Shown in pieces: positions 1 through 15,000 of a stretch of 64,000 bases of DNA. This DNA is from Eledone cirrhosa (lineage: Eukaryota), in the NCBI GenBank assembly GCA_964016885.1, contig OZ024746.1:95790001-95854000 (forward strand), read 5' to 3'. Position 1 is the stretch's first letter. Every line of letters begins with the position of its first letter. The translations under genes were made by a program, and so were the position numbers. Under the pieces are notes generated by a model. It was not told the DNA's origin. It did not search any database and worked only from the letters and a program-made list of their open reading frames with translations.

Positions 1-3000
1 GAAACATTAATTCTAGTTTCAACTATACCAATGAAAATGTACATAAGAAAATCTCTAGGTTTCGCTCACAACAGAAGTTTGTCTTTCTATGTTTCAGAAT
101 ATTTTACCTCAGAATCCAGCACAAAAGAATCCATATTAGAAAGTACAACTTTTGTATGGCATAAATCATTAATAACTACTTTGGGTTTAACTGATATATC
201 AGTAAAACCTGAAAAATCAATAATATACATCAACACCACCATTTCCCCAATTATACTGACCTCTGTAATAAAACCATTTAGTGGTTGGTATGCCTTAGAA
301 AGATCATTTGCTTCAAGATATAAATGGGAACAAACTTATAAGGCAGAGAAATCAACCCTTCATTTAAAGACCTTGAAATCCACTACAACTTCTTCATTAT
401 TAAAACTAACTCTTATGAGTGTACCTAAAATTGTGGATGATTTTAATAGACAACTAAATTTATCTGATTTTAAAATCCAGATTTCAACACTGCCTTTTAC
501 GTCAACACACACAAGACTCACTCTTAACACTGGTTATAGTACTGAACATTTTAATTTTACATTACTCCTGCACCCCTTAAAAACTAAAACTGGAGTAGAT
601 CTTAAACATCTTTTCTCAAATCTTACGTCTATGACAAATTTAGTTAGTTTAGTTTACTCAAAGGTTTCAACTTTAAACTCGTCAATAGATTTTTGGCAGA
701 AAAGCATTTCTATTGAGGTTACACCAAAACTACATGTTTCTTCATTAGTTTCATTGAAACATTATTTTGAGCAAGTAACACAAAGAGCAAAGATAATATC
801 AAACACATCAGTGGTAATTGTTACAAATGGAACTGAGTCTGAACAAATGGATTCTGTATTAGAAACACAGGGTCTAATGAAAATACAGACAGTAACAGGA
901 GTGACAAAACAACTAAAAAGAACAAGTTTCGCTGAAATGTCTAAATTAAAATTACATCTTTATACTACAAAATTAATGCACATTTCTCTTCATACATTTT
1001 CAGTTTCTCTTGCTCCTACTAAGTTATTTCTTATTGCTTCTTCTTCATCCAGTAGTCCTTCACTACCAACAAATATTTCTCTGTCTTCAACTGCTACTTC
1101 TACATATAAAGTTACATTTGAACAGAAATTTAATCAAACAGAGCCGACCATAAGATTACTAATAAATCAGTCAACTACTGACATCATATTTCATAATCAA
1201 AACACATCAACAACAGTGAAGCCATTAACAACTATGGAGCCAACTTACAGTGAATCCTATGATATAGTATCCTACTTCAGTAGAGTTAAATTAATCCCAT
1301 TCTTTTCTTTGTCATCAATAGGAGATATTATGTCAACAAATATGGTGTCAATTCAACAAAGTAATAAAACCGAAAGTAAATATTCAAAATCACATTTTAA
1401 ATTACATAATAAAACAACTACAGCTGTGGGATTTATTGAAACTATTACCAACTTTAGTGATAAAAAAAATGTTTCCGAAATTACTCCTATAACAACCATT
1501 CCAGTGAATATATCAACACAAACTTTGCTAACTAATGTAAGTGAATTTTCCATTCCATTCACAACTGATCTTAGTTTTCATTTCAGAACAATCTATCCTA
1601 CAACTATACTATCTTTTCATCAGATTACAAGTACAACTGGCCCACTGAATACAACAGTATCTATTCATTGGACAAAGGAATTAACACTCTTCCAAGAAAT
1701 ATCTATAGTCAGTCAGTCAGGTGTGATTTCTCCTCAAGAGGCGTCTCATCATTTTCTGTTTACTGTATCACCGTCACAAAATATATCAGAATTTACCATT
1801 CTAATGACTGGATCACCTTTTCTTAAAACATTTGACGATATTATGTTTACCCCAGCATCATTTTCGCAGATATCAGAAGGTACCAGCTTTCTAATGGGAC
1901 CATCTGTTGTTGAAACATCAAAAGATGTCCTATTTACTACAACCATACCACAGGTAGTTTCAGAAGGTACCAGCTATCTAATGGAACCATCTCTTGTTGC
2001 AATATCAAAAGATGTCCTATTTACTACAACTATACCCCAGATGGTATCAGAAGGTACCAGCTATCTAATGGGACCATCTGTTGTTGAAATATCAAAAGAT
2101 GTCCTATTTACTACAACTATACCACAGATAGTATCAGAAGGTACCAGCTATCTAATGGGACCATCTGTTGTTGAAATATCAAAAGATGTCCTATTTACTA
2201 CAACCATACCCCAAGCAGTATCAGAAGGTACCAGCTATCTAATGGGACCATCTGTTGTTGCAATATCAAAATATGTCCTATTTACTACAACCATACCCCA
2301 AGCAGTATCAGAAGGTACCAGCTATCTAATGGGACCATCTATTGTTGCAATATCAAAAGATGTCCTATTTACTACAACCATACCACGGGTAGTTTCAGAA
2401 GGTACCAGCTATCTAATGGGACCATCTGTTGTTAAAATATCAAAAGATGTTCTATTTACTACAACTATACCCCAAGCAGTATCAGAAGGTACCAGCTATC
2501 TAATGGAACCATCTGTTGTTGAAATATCAAAAGATGTCCTATTTACTACAACCATACCCCAAGCAGTATCAGAAGGTACCAGCTATCTAATGGAACCATC
2601 TGTTGTTGCAATATCAAAATATGTCCTATTTACTACAACCATACCCCAAGCAGTATCAGAAGGTACCAGCTATCTAATGGGACCATCTATTGTTGCAATA
2701 TCAAAAGATGTCCTATTTACTACAACCATACCACTGGTAGTTTCAGAAGGTACCAGCTATCTAATGGGACCATCTGTTGTTGAAATATCAAAAGATGTCC
2801 TATTTACTACAACTATACCACAGGTAGTCTCAGAAGGTACCAGCTATCTAATTGAACCATCTCTTGTTGCAATATCAAAAGATGTGCTATTTACTACAAC
2901 CATACCACAGGTAGTTTCAGAAGGTACCAGCTATCTAATGGGACCATCTGTTGTTGCACCATCAAAAGATGTCCTATTTACTACAACTATACCACAGGTA

Positions 3001-6000
3001 GTCTCAGAAGGTACCAGCTATCTAATGGAACCATCTGTTGTTGAAATATCAAAAGATGTCCTATTTACTACAACTATACCCCAGATGGTATCAGAAGGTG
3101 CCAGCTATCTAATGGAACCATCTATTGTTGCAATATCAAAAGATGTCCTATTTACTACAACCATACCACAGGTAGTTTCAGAAGGTACCAGCTATCTAAT
3201 GGGACCATCTGTTGTTGCACCATCAAAAGATGTCCTATTTACTACAACCATACCACAGATAGTATCAGAAGATACCAGCTATCTAATGGAACCATCTCTT
3301 GTTGCAATATCAAAAGATGTCCTATTTACTACAACTATACCACAGGTAGTCTCAGAAGATACCAGCTATCTAATGGAACCATCTGTTGTTGCAATATCAA
3401 AAGATGTCCTATTTACTACAACCATACCGCAGATAGTATCAGAAGGTACCAGCTATCTAATGGGACCATCTGTTGTTGCAATATCAAAAGATGTCCTATT
3501 TACTACAACCATACCACAGATAGTATCAGAAGGTACCAGCTATCTAATGGAACCATCTCTTGTTGCAATATCAAAAGATGTCCTATTTACTACAACCATA
3601 CCACAGATAGTATCAGAAGGTACCAGTTATCTAATGAGACCATCTGTTGTTGCAATATCAAAAGATGTCCTATTTACTACAACCATACCACAGATAGTAT
3701 CAGAAGGTACCAGCTATCTAATGGGACCATCTGTTGTTGCAATATCAAAAGATGTCCTATTTACTACAACCATACCACAGATAGTATCAGAAGGTACCAG
3801 CCTATTAGTTGAACCACCTTTTCAAGGAACATATGAAGATATTTTATTAACTGCATTTTCTTTTCAAGAAACTTCTGAAGATAGAGTAATCTATTCTGAA
3901 ACTAGCCAGTTGCTCCAGAAGCACCAGTCTTTTCACCATGTCACAACCATGAAAGTAGTTGTAGAAAGTCCTGATTTGATTTCATCAGTGTCAGATATAT
4001 ATGAAACACATACAATACCAGCCTGGATGTATTTGAATGAAACATCAACATGGAAATTGCAGAAGGTTTTAAAATTCAAAGACCAAACTGACAAACCAGT
4101 CACCAATGAATTACTCACAGTAACCAGCAGAAGTTACTTTATCAAAGAAGAACAGTCTATGGCAACTGATACTGGAACTGGAACTAAATGGTATAAATAT
4201 TTAGAAACCTCTACACTAAAACTGAGTTATGAATTACCAAGAGATGAAAAAAAGATACAAATGTACCAGAAAACAAAAACTATATTTAATGAAACTGCTA
4301 TAACTTCTTTTTTAATTGGATATTCTAATCAAACTAATACTTCTATTTCATTTACCCAATTAATTAAAAGTACTGATGCAGATTTTATATTTCATCAAAC
4401 CTCTAAATTAAAAGCAATAGGTCGAACTACTGAAGCTAAAGTTTGTCAAACTAAAGGACTTCCTTTTAGTCCCTTAGTTTCATCAATAGCAATTGTTATT
4501 ACTACAGAAAGTACTAGTAAACATTTATCAACCAAACCAATGCTTAGTATAGATCCAACATATCTGAATTTAACAGTGGACTATGAAGCATTAAGTAAAA
4601 CTGTTGCGGACATTAGTAAAAGAAGTATTTTGGCAACAGACCAACAATTACAGACGTTTCCTGAAACTAAAGTAATAAAAGGAACAACTACTGATTATGT
4701 AATTTCATTTTCTTATGATGCTTCTGAGAAAGTCACACACCATACTTCCAAAGAAATACTTAGCTTCCAGAAAACATGGAAAATGTTTTATATTCTTGAC
4801 AAAATTTATTCACAATCATTACTTGAAACCTCTTCTGAAGTAACTGATTACATTTTGGTAACAAGCCAAACCTTTCTAGAATCTTCTATTGTTAGAGTAA
4901 GTTTCCAAAGAAAAGGAAAATCTTCTGAAGTAACTGATGTTATTAAACAGACAGAACTAAAAACAATTTCAGATACTGTGACTTTTAGCCATAAAGATTA
5001 TATTCACTTACTTCAATACAGTCCAACGACAAAAGCTGCTATTGAGGACATTTACACATATCGTCTTGCGTTGGAGGACACATCAATGTCAAAAAGACCC
5101 CAACGATTATTATCTACTAAAATTAAAACAATAAGTAATTTTACTATGAAATTAGATACTCATGAGGATAAAAGAGACAAAACAATTTCACCATATACAA
5201 ACCTAACAACAACAAGGAACATTACTTTTATGTTTGACTTACCGCTAATGGTCACCTTAAATTATAGCAAAGATGTGGTTTCCTCAAAGTTTAAAACACT
5301 TTTGAAAGTCCCAGGTTTATCAAATGTTACTAAATTCATTGGAACTATACCTTCTTCTTATTATTATTCTAAAGGAAGAAGAGAACATTTATCGGAAGTT
5401 GATAAAACAAGAATTAGCATAGGTTTAGTGACAAAGAAGTATGAACGTGAACAAACAACCATTGTAGTTTTGGCTACAATAGAAATGGAAGCTGTTTCTA
5501 ATATCTATGACAAAAATGCTACAATATACCACACAGATTCTGAAATATTCACATTCACTAGTAAAATAAAGACTAGAGTGGTCAATGGAAGCCAAATAAA
5601 GAGTAAGATTTTAAGTGAATCAACAACATCTAGCAGCCTCATAAAATATATTCCAGAACATAAACTAACTTTTGATGAAATGTTATTTTATACAACAACA
5701 ATTCAAAATTTAACTGCCATAAAAGTATCACAAGTTAAAGCCCCTGTTATTGAATTTGAAATATCAACATTAATAACTACTTTATACTGGCCAGTGGTAG
5801 CTTTTATACACGATAAGAAATCAACAGGTGAAATATTCTTTACTACATCAATAACTGATTTCACATCAACAGAAAGTATGTTATTAGATGGTCACACAAG
5901 TTCAAAAATATTCATCTATAAACAAAAGTCACTTTTATATGAAATTCTGCAAACGAAACACCATACTACATATCCAGAAACAGGATCTACAGATTACATA

Positions 6001-9000
6001 TCAACCCCAGAGAAGAGTCTTACACCACTACATATGGATTCATTAGCATTAGCTACCATTGGATTACACACAACAGTTATGGGAACATTAATATTTACTC
6101 CAAAAACTATTGAATATACTACCCCTGCCCAGCAAACAACTGTTGAAGAACAAATGGGCAGGAATGTAACATCTTTAGAAGAAAAAGATAAACATATATT
6201 GATATATTTGATTGAAGTAACAGAGCAGAAAACTACAATTGTTCCAGTAACATTTACACCAAAGTCTAAGAAAATATCTGAGCTAATTTCAGAAAAAGTA
6301 ACTCAAATGACACTCTTTACTTATTTTAGATACCCTGAATCAATAACTGACACACCATTAATAAATATATCTGATGTTACACATATTTTGAGAAAACTTA
6401 TAAGAGAAACTGTTTCACATGCATCAAAGAAATCACTTCATACAAAAATTGTTCCAGATGGCTCAATAGAGAGTTTGAATAAGTCTTTACTGCTAACAAA
6501 GGAAGAAAACACAACTTATTTTAAGATTGAAACTATAACCTTTTCTATGAAAGAATTCAATATATTTGTTCAGAGCCCTAATCTAATAGAAGATATAAGT
6601 ACTTATATGCCTAGTTCTCTTGTAGTGATATCTACTGAAGATATTTTGTTAAGAAGTAAACTAAGACCTTCAGAATATCTGGATAAGATAGATAGAGCAT
6701 ATTTTACAAGGGAGGAAATTAGTTTGGAATCTGGGGCAAGGGAAATTGGTACTCAACGTAGTTTTACAAAGATTATTGTAAACATAACTGATGATATAAC
6801 AATTATAAAAATAGCGACAAAGACAAGTGAGAAACCTATCGAGTTAGAACCAACTTTGATAACAATTATTCCAGCAGATAAGATAGAACCAACTTTGAGA
6901 AAAGTTATTTCAACAGATAAAATAAAACTGACTTCAATAACAGTAATTCAAACAGATAAAATAGAACCAGTTTTCATGACAGTTATTCCAACAGATGAAA
7001 TAGAACCAGTTTTCACAACAATTATTCCAACAGATAAAATAGAAATAGTTTCAAGAACAGTTATTCCAACAGATGAAATAGAACCAGTTTTCACAACAAT
7101 TATTCCAACAGATAAAATAGAACCAGTTTTCACAACCATTATTCCAACAGATAAAATAGAAATAGTTTCAAGAACAGTTATTCCAACAGATAAAATAGAA
7201 CCAGTTTTCACAACAATTATTCCAACAGATAAAATAGAACCAGTTTTCACAACAATTATTCCAACAGATAAAATAGAAATAGTTTCAAGAACAGTTATTC
7301 CAACAGATAAAATAGAACCAGTTTTTACAACAATTATTCCAACAGATAAAATAGAACCAGTTTCCACAACAGTTATTCCATCAGATAAAATATATACTAA
7401 TCACACAAATATATCTGTAATCCAGAATATTACAATGACAATTGGTATGAAGTTTTATTTGGAAACAGTTACAGTTTTTAAAGATACAATAAAATCAGCA
7501 GCCACAAAAGACATTGATATACTTGAAATAGGATCCACTCTGGCTTCTATCTATCAAATTCCAGAAGAATCTATCAGTAAGAAGCCAGCAATAAATGTAT
7601 CAAAAATAACTATCTTAAAAAGAACAATAAAGCCCAGGGATTTTGAAGACAGTGTCGCTGGCTTAAAATATATATGGCAGTCTGGAAGTGGGTATTTTAC
7701 TAGTTTAAATTATTCTAAAACCTACCTCTTTCATACGACATATACCCTGGAAAAAATATCTGGGTTACATTTGACAGTAACACCAGTATTTTATATTGAA
7801 ACTATTTCTATTCCGAAAGTAGATTATATTCAACAAAAAGAATTATCTTTGATGACTACAGTAAAATTACCTATATGGATGGAATCTCAAGATGAAGGAA
7901 GAAAAACGAGCAGTGAAAATGTTTCTGAAATTCAAACAACATTTTCTGAAAAGAGGACTCTTCTAGATGTACCTATTACAAATATCTCTGACTTAGTTAT
8001 CTATGTGTTTACTACTAAAGTAATTGGTAAGCCAGTCACTGCTAGTCACATGACTTACAAAAATATTTCAAGTGATATGTTAATAGATCTTGATGTTGTT
8101 ATATCCACCAATACTACAGTTAGTGATATAGTGACACCACATTTATACCAAACAGTAACTAAAACTTATGATGACATCCACCAACAATCTATTGAAAGTT
8201 ATAAAAATGTAACCAGCAAGAAAGAGTTTGAGGAAGAAGCAGCAAAAGATTTGCTAAAACAAACTTCAAGACACTCTAAATTTACAGATGACTTTATTCG
8301 TATGTCTAGAATAAATTACTCTATTTCTTTTACCAGCAAATCTTCTAAGACCTTTTCATCTCATCATTTTGATAGAAATACCACCACCAGCAGCAGGAGA
8401 ACATACTTTGTGGAACATACTGTAAGACCAGATAAATTATATAACAGAAAATCAAGTTTAAGAAGCAGTTCTTTCCTATCTTACAAAACTGTTCAACCAA
8501 CAGTCATGTTAGCTATATCAAACATTACTGTTCATACTAAAACAACTGCAAAACAAGTAATACATAAACTAACATCTGACACAATGTTTCCTATAACTGA
8601 AAAGCCTGTGTTCCTTACTAGTATCAAGAATGATTCTAAACCAAGACTAGTGGATATTGTACTAAAAGAAATAAGTTCTGAAATTATTACACCAAGTTCA
8701 AGTTTCGTTTTGAAGAAAATATCAAAGGAAACCTTATCATTTAAGAAAGAAGTTACTGAGAAACCTTCCTTACACATTTACAGTCGAGCTGTTGTGAGTT
8801 ACAATCAAAAAATGAGTACACAGGATCTAATCATTCATAAATTTCTAACTAAAATTGTTACTCCTAAAATTAAACCCCAACTTAGTCTTGCAGCTGTGAA
8901 CATTACAAGTTTTGATTTACAAGAATTTATATATCTTATGAGCCAAGGGGTAACAATACCAAATATATTCTCTAATATATCTTTTGTCACACTGTTTTTT

Positions 9001-12000
9001 AACCAAAGTATTTATATGATAGATAGTTCCACCAAATCTAGTGTTGATGAAGTGGCTACAATTCCTTACAGCAAATATATTGGTATAGAAACAACTGGAG
9101 ATACAAGAAGTGTAGTTCATATACATCACTTACCTTTAACTACTGAGATACTGTTTGATATTAGTATTAGTGTATCTAACATGAGCCTTGATGAAATCAG
9201 AGATACAACCCTATCAACATTGCAGGAAACAGCAAGTATTTATATAATTAACACAACTGATACTATACTTAGAGATACTATACATAGAGGTACTATACAA
9301 AGAGATACTATACATAGAGGTACTATACAAAGAGATACTATACATAGAGGTACTATACTTAGAGATCCCAGTGGAACAGAGATATCAAAAATAATCCAAG
9401 TTACACCCATTAAAAAACCTGATATAAAAATAAAAATTACAGCAACTGATGAAATGATTTCACTTACAGTCAGCAGTAAAACATCAGTGTTACATTTAAA
9501 AGCTAGAACCAAATTAATTTCTACTTCTCATACATCAAAACATTTATCTGTAGTATCATATAAAACAAGCAGTGGGTTAATTTCAAAGGAAAATGACACA
9601 GAAGCAGCAATTACAACAACATATTTTATTGTTCCTCATATGAAAGCTAAAAACTATACTGATCAGATTGTACTTCAAATGACACCTACATTAGAGAGTA
9701 GAAGCCATCTTGAAAACAGAACAGATATAATGCAAAGTTCTTTTCTTGAATTGCCAGATATCTTTTTTCTGTATACTGAATCACCAGAAATATCTACAAG
9801 ATTTGATGATATTCAATTGCTGCAAGAAAAACTTTTATATTCTAAAAAAAGAAAAGTGGCGAATGTTATCAACATAATTACAACAACAACAACAAGAATC
9901 AATATAACTATGTTACCATTAACAGAAACTATCTTTCCAACTTTACAAACAGTTAGTACCATAAACAATTATACTATTGCAATGCAATTGTTTACTACTG
10001 TGAGAAGTGTAAAGAAAACATCACAAAAGGAATATTATAAAAAATATAGCCACAGTTATAAATTAAGATCTAAATCAGTGACGTTTGAGACAATATATAC
10101 AAAAGTAACAGATAAAACAATGAAACCCAACCAAATCATGGAACAAATTGGCATAAAGGATATGCTGTATTTAAATACAGAACAAAACATGTTTGATTCC
10201 TTGTTATTGAACACTTTACTTATACCAACACTTGTTATTACAAAAGAAAGCAGTTCTTCCTATCAGAATCAGACCCAGAAGGATTCAGTGCTTCATAGTA
10301 GTAAGGTTCGTGATATTTTTATCCCATTCACTACGATAAAAACTTGTAAATATACAAAAGAAGACAGGACACCAACTTTAGATCAAACAATTGTGCTGAG
10401 AAGAACCTCTCCTGGCAGTTTCTCTCTGAGTAAATCTGGAGAGTACAGTTTGTCAACAGAATATACTTCCTCAGTTTCACAATTTATATTTGATAAAACA
10501 GAAGATGATAATTATTTTACAGATGAAATAATTTCTTATGATAAAAAAGGATTAATACTACCCATAACCAAAATAAAAAAGAAAGATTTACTCAAGGGGC
10601 TCACAGATTATACTACCCAAAGTAAGATCGATAAAGTAACATTGGGATATATTTATGGAATAGATACAGTAATAGTTAATAAAACCTATACTCCCCAACA
10701 AAGAGATACTGTTACAGTTACAAAATTTCCAAGCAGTGACAAGTCACAAGTTTTTTCTATAGATACATTCATAGTGACAACTTATTCAGGATTAGAAATG
10801 GTATTGGCAGTAACAACAATTTCAGACAAAACTAAAGCACCATTACATATATCAACTGAAGTTGGACATATCACCCCCATGATTCCACATAGTACTCCTC
10901 TAACTCCTAAGGCCACTATTACAGTACTACATACTACTTCACTAAATCCATATTCTGTCCTTACGATACCACACTCGACAGTTGTAACTTTACATATAGC
11001 TGTCACACAACTGAATATTACTACTATTACAGTACCAGACACTCTCTCAACAGAATCATATACAACCATTACATATTCTCATACTATTGAAATACCACAA
11101 ACAGCCACCACGTCTCGACATCCTCAAACTCTAATTCCATCCACATCTGCTACAATTCCTCATGGCACCTCTATATTACCACAACAAACAAGTGTATTAT
11201 CAAAGTCTACAACCAAATCAACAGATGCTGTTGTTACTGTAGCACAACATCACACAATACTTTCATACAGTGTCACTGAAGAAACATATACAACCTCTAT
11301 AAGTAGAAACAGCACAATAACATCACATATCAGAACTGTAACACAACATACCATAGTTGTAATACCACCTGACATACCAACAATAACATCATATAACACA
11401 ACAATAACACCATATAACACAACAATAACACCATATAACACAACAATAACACCATATAACACAACAATAACACCATATAACACAACAATAACACCATATA
11501 ACACAACAATAACACCATATAACACAACAATAATACCATATAATACAACAATAACACCATATAACACAACAATAACACCATATAACACAACAATAACACC
11601 ATATAATACAACAATAACACCATATAACACAACAATAACACCATATAACACAACAATAACACCATATAACACAACAATAACACCATATAACACAACAATA
11701 ACATCACATAACACAACAATAACACCATATAACACAACAATAACACCATATAACACAACAATAACACCATATAACACAACAATAACACCATATAATACAA
11801 CAATAACACCATATAATACAACAATAACACCATATAACACAACAACACCATACAACACAACAACACCATATACCACCACCACAACAACACCTTACAACAT
11901 AACAACAACACCCTACAACATAACAACAACACCATACAACACAACAACAACACCCTACAACACAACAACACCATACAACACAACAACAACACCATACGAC

Positions 12001-15000
12001 ATAACAACAACACCATACAACACAACAACAACACCTTACAACACAACAACAACACCATACAACATAACAACAACACCATACAACATAACAACACCATACA
12101 ACATAACAACAAAACCCTACAACACAACAACACCATACAACACAACAACAACACCATACAGCATAACAACAACACCATACAACATAACAACATATACCAG
12201 CACCACAACACCATACAACACAACAACACCATATACCACCACAACAACACCATACAACACAACAACACCATATACCACCACCACCACAACACCATACAAC
12301 ACAACAACAACACCATACAACATAACAACAACACCATATACCACCACCACAACAACATACAGCACAACAACAACAACATACAACATAACAACAACACCAT
12401 ACAACATAACAACAACACCATACAACACAACAACAACACCATACAACATAACAACAACACCATACACCACAACAACAACACCATACAACACAACAACACC
12501 ATACAACACAACAACACCATACAACATAACAACAACACCATATAACACAACAACACCATACAACACAACAACAACACCATACAACATAACAACAACACCA
12601 TACAACATAACAACAACACCATATAACACAACAACAACACCATACAACACAACAACACCATACAACACAACAACAACAACATACAACATAACAACAACAC
12701 CATACAACACAACAACAACTACATACAAAATAACAACAACACCATATAACACCACAACAATACCATACAACATAACAACACCATACAACATAACAACAAC
12801 ACCATATACCACCACCACAACACCATACAACACAACAACACCATACAACACAACAACAACAACATACAACATAACAACAACACCATACAACACAACAACA
12901 ACAACATACAACATAACAACAACACCATACAACACAACAACAACAACATACAACATAACAACACCATACAACATAACAACAACAACATACAACATAACAA
13001 CAACACCATACAACACAACAACAACTCCATACAAAATAACAACAACTCCATACAAAATAACAACAACACCATATAACACCACAACAATACCATACAACAT
13101 AACAACACCATACAACATAACAACAACACCATATACCACCACAACAACACCATACAACATAACAACAACACCATATACCAGCACAACAACAACACCATAT
13201 ACCACAACAACAACACCATACAACATAACAACAACACCATATACCACAACAACACCATACAACATAACAACAACACCATATACCAGCACAACAACAACAC
13301 CATATACCACAACAACAACACCATACAACATAACAACAACACCATATACCACAACAACACCATACAACATAACAACAACACCATATACCAGCACAACAAC
13401 AACACCATATACCACAACAACAACACCATACAACATAACAACAACACCATATACCACAACAACACCATACAACATAACAACAACACCATATACCAGCACA
13501 ACAACAACACCATATACCACAACAACAACACCATACAACACAACAACAACACCATACAACATAACAACAACACCATACAACATAACAACAACACCATATA
13601 CCAACACCACAACACCATACACCACCACAACACCATACAACACAACAACAACACCATACAACATAACAACGACACCATATACCAGCACCACAACAACATA
13701 CACCACCACAACACCATATACCAGCACCACAACACCATACACCACCACAACACCATACACCACCACAACACCATACAACACAACAACAACACCATACAAC
13801 ATAACAACGACACCATATACCAGCACCACAACACCATACACCACCACAACACCATATACCAGCACCACAACACCATACACCACCACAACACCATACACCA
13901 CAACTTTAACCTCACCTGACACAGGTATATCTCTATATAGTTTTATTGAAGCTCTCTATAACCTAACTGCCACACCACATAATATTACTATAACTCTGTA
14001 TAACACAACTACACCATTACATACCACAACTACTCCATTACATACCACAACTACTCCATTACATACCACAACTACACCATTACATATCACAACTACTCCA
14101 TTACATATCACAACTACTCCATTACATATCACAACTACAACATTACATATCACAACTACACCATTACATATCACAACTACTCCATTACATATCACAACTA
14201 CACCATTACATATCACAACTACTCCATTACATATCACAACTACACCATTACATATCACAACTACACCATTACATATCACAACTACTCCATTACATAATAC
14301 AACTACATCATTACATATCACAACTATATCATTACATATCACAACTACACCATTACATATCACAACTACTCCATTACATAATACAACTACATCATTACAT
14401 ATCACAACTATATCATTACATATCACAACTACAACATTACATATCACAACTACACCATTACATATCACAACTACTCCATTACATATCACAACTACACCAT
14501 TACATATCACAACTACTCCATTACATATCACAACTACACCATTACATATCACAACTACACCATTACATATCACAACTACTCCATTACATAATACAACTAC
14601 ATCATTACATATCACAACTATATCATTACATATCACAACTACTCCATTACATATCACAACTACACCATTACATATCACAACTATATCATTACATATCACA
14701 ACTACTCCATTACATAATACAACTACATCATTATGTCATACAACAGCATCATTACATATCACAACACTCACTGACGAAATATCATTACATAATACAACAT
14801 TAATATCATCTAACACGACTGTCACATCTGTAACTCCTCCTGACACAGATGTAACTCCACCCGACACAACTGTAACTCTATATAATGCAAGTGTAACTCC
14901 ACCTGACACATCTGTAACTACACCTGACACAGCTGTAACTACACCTGACATAGCTGTAACTCCACCTGACACAGCTGTAACTCCACCTGACATAGGCGTA

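Noticed and set aside
31-33. ATG at 31 as the true start codon
   Set aside because: The frame is already open from base 1 and no signal peptide follows, so the start is probably upstream.
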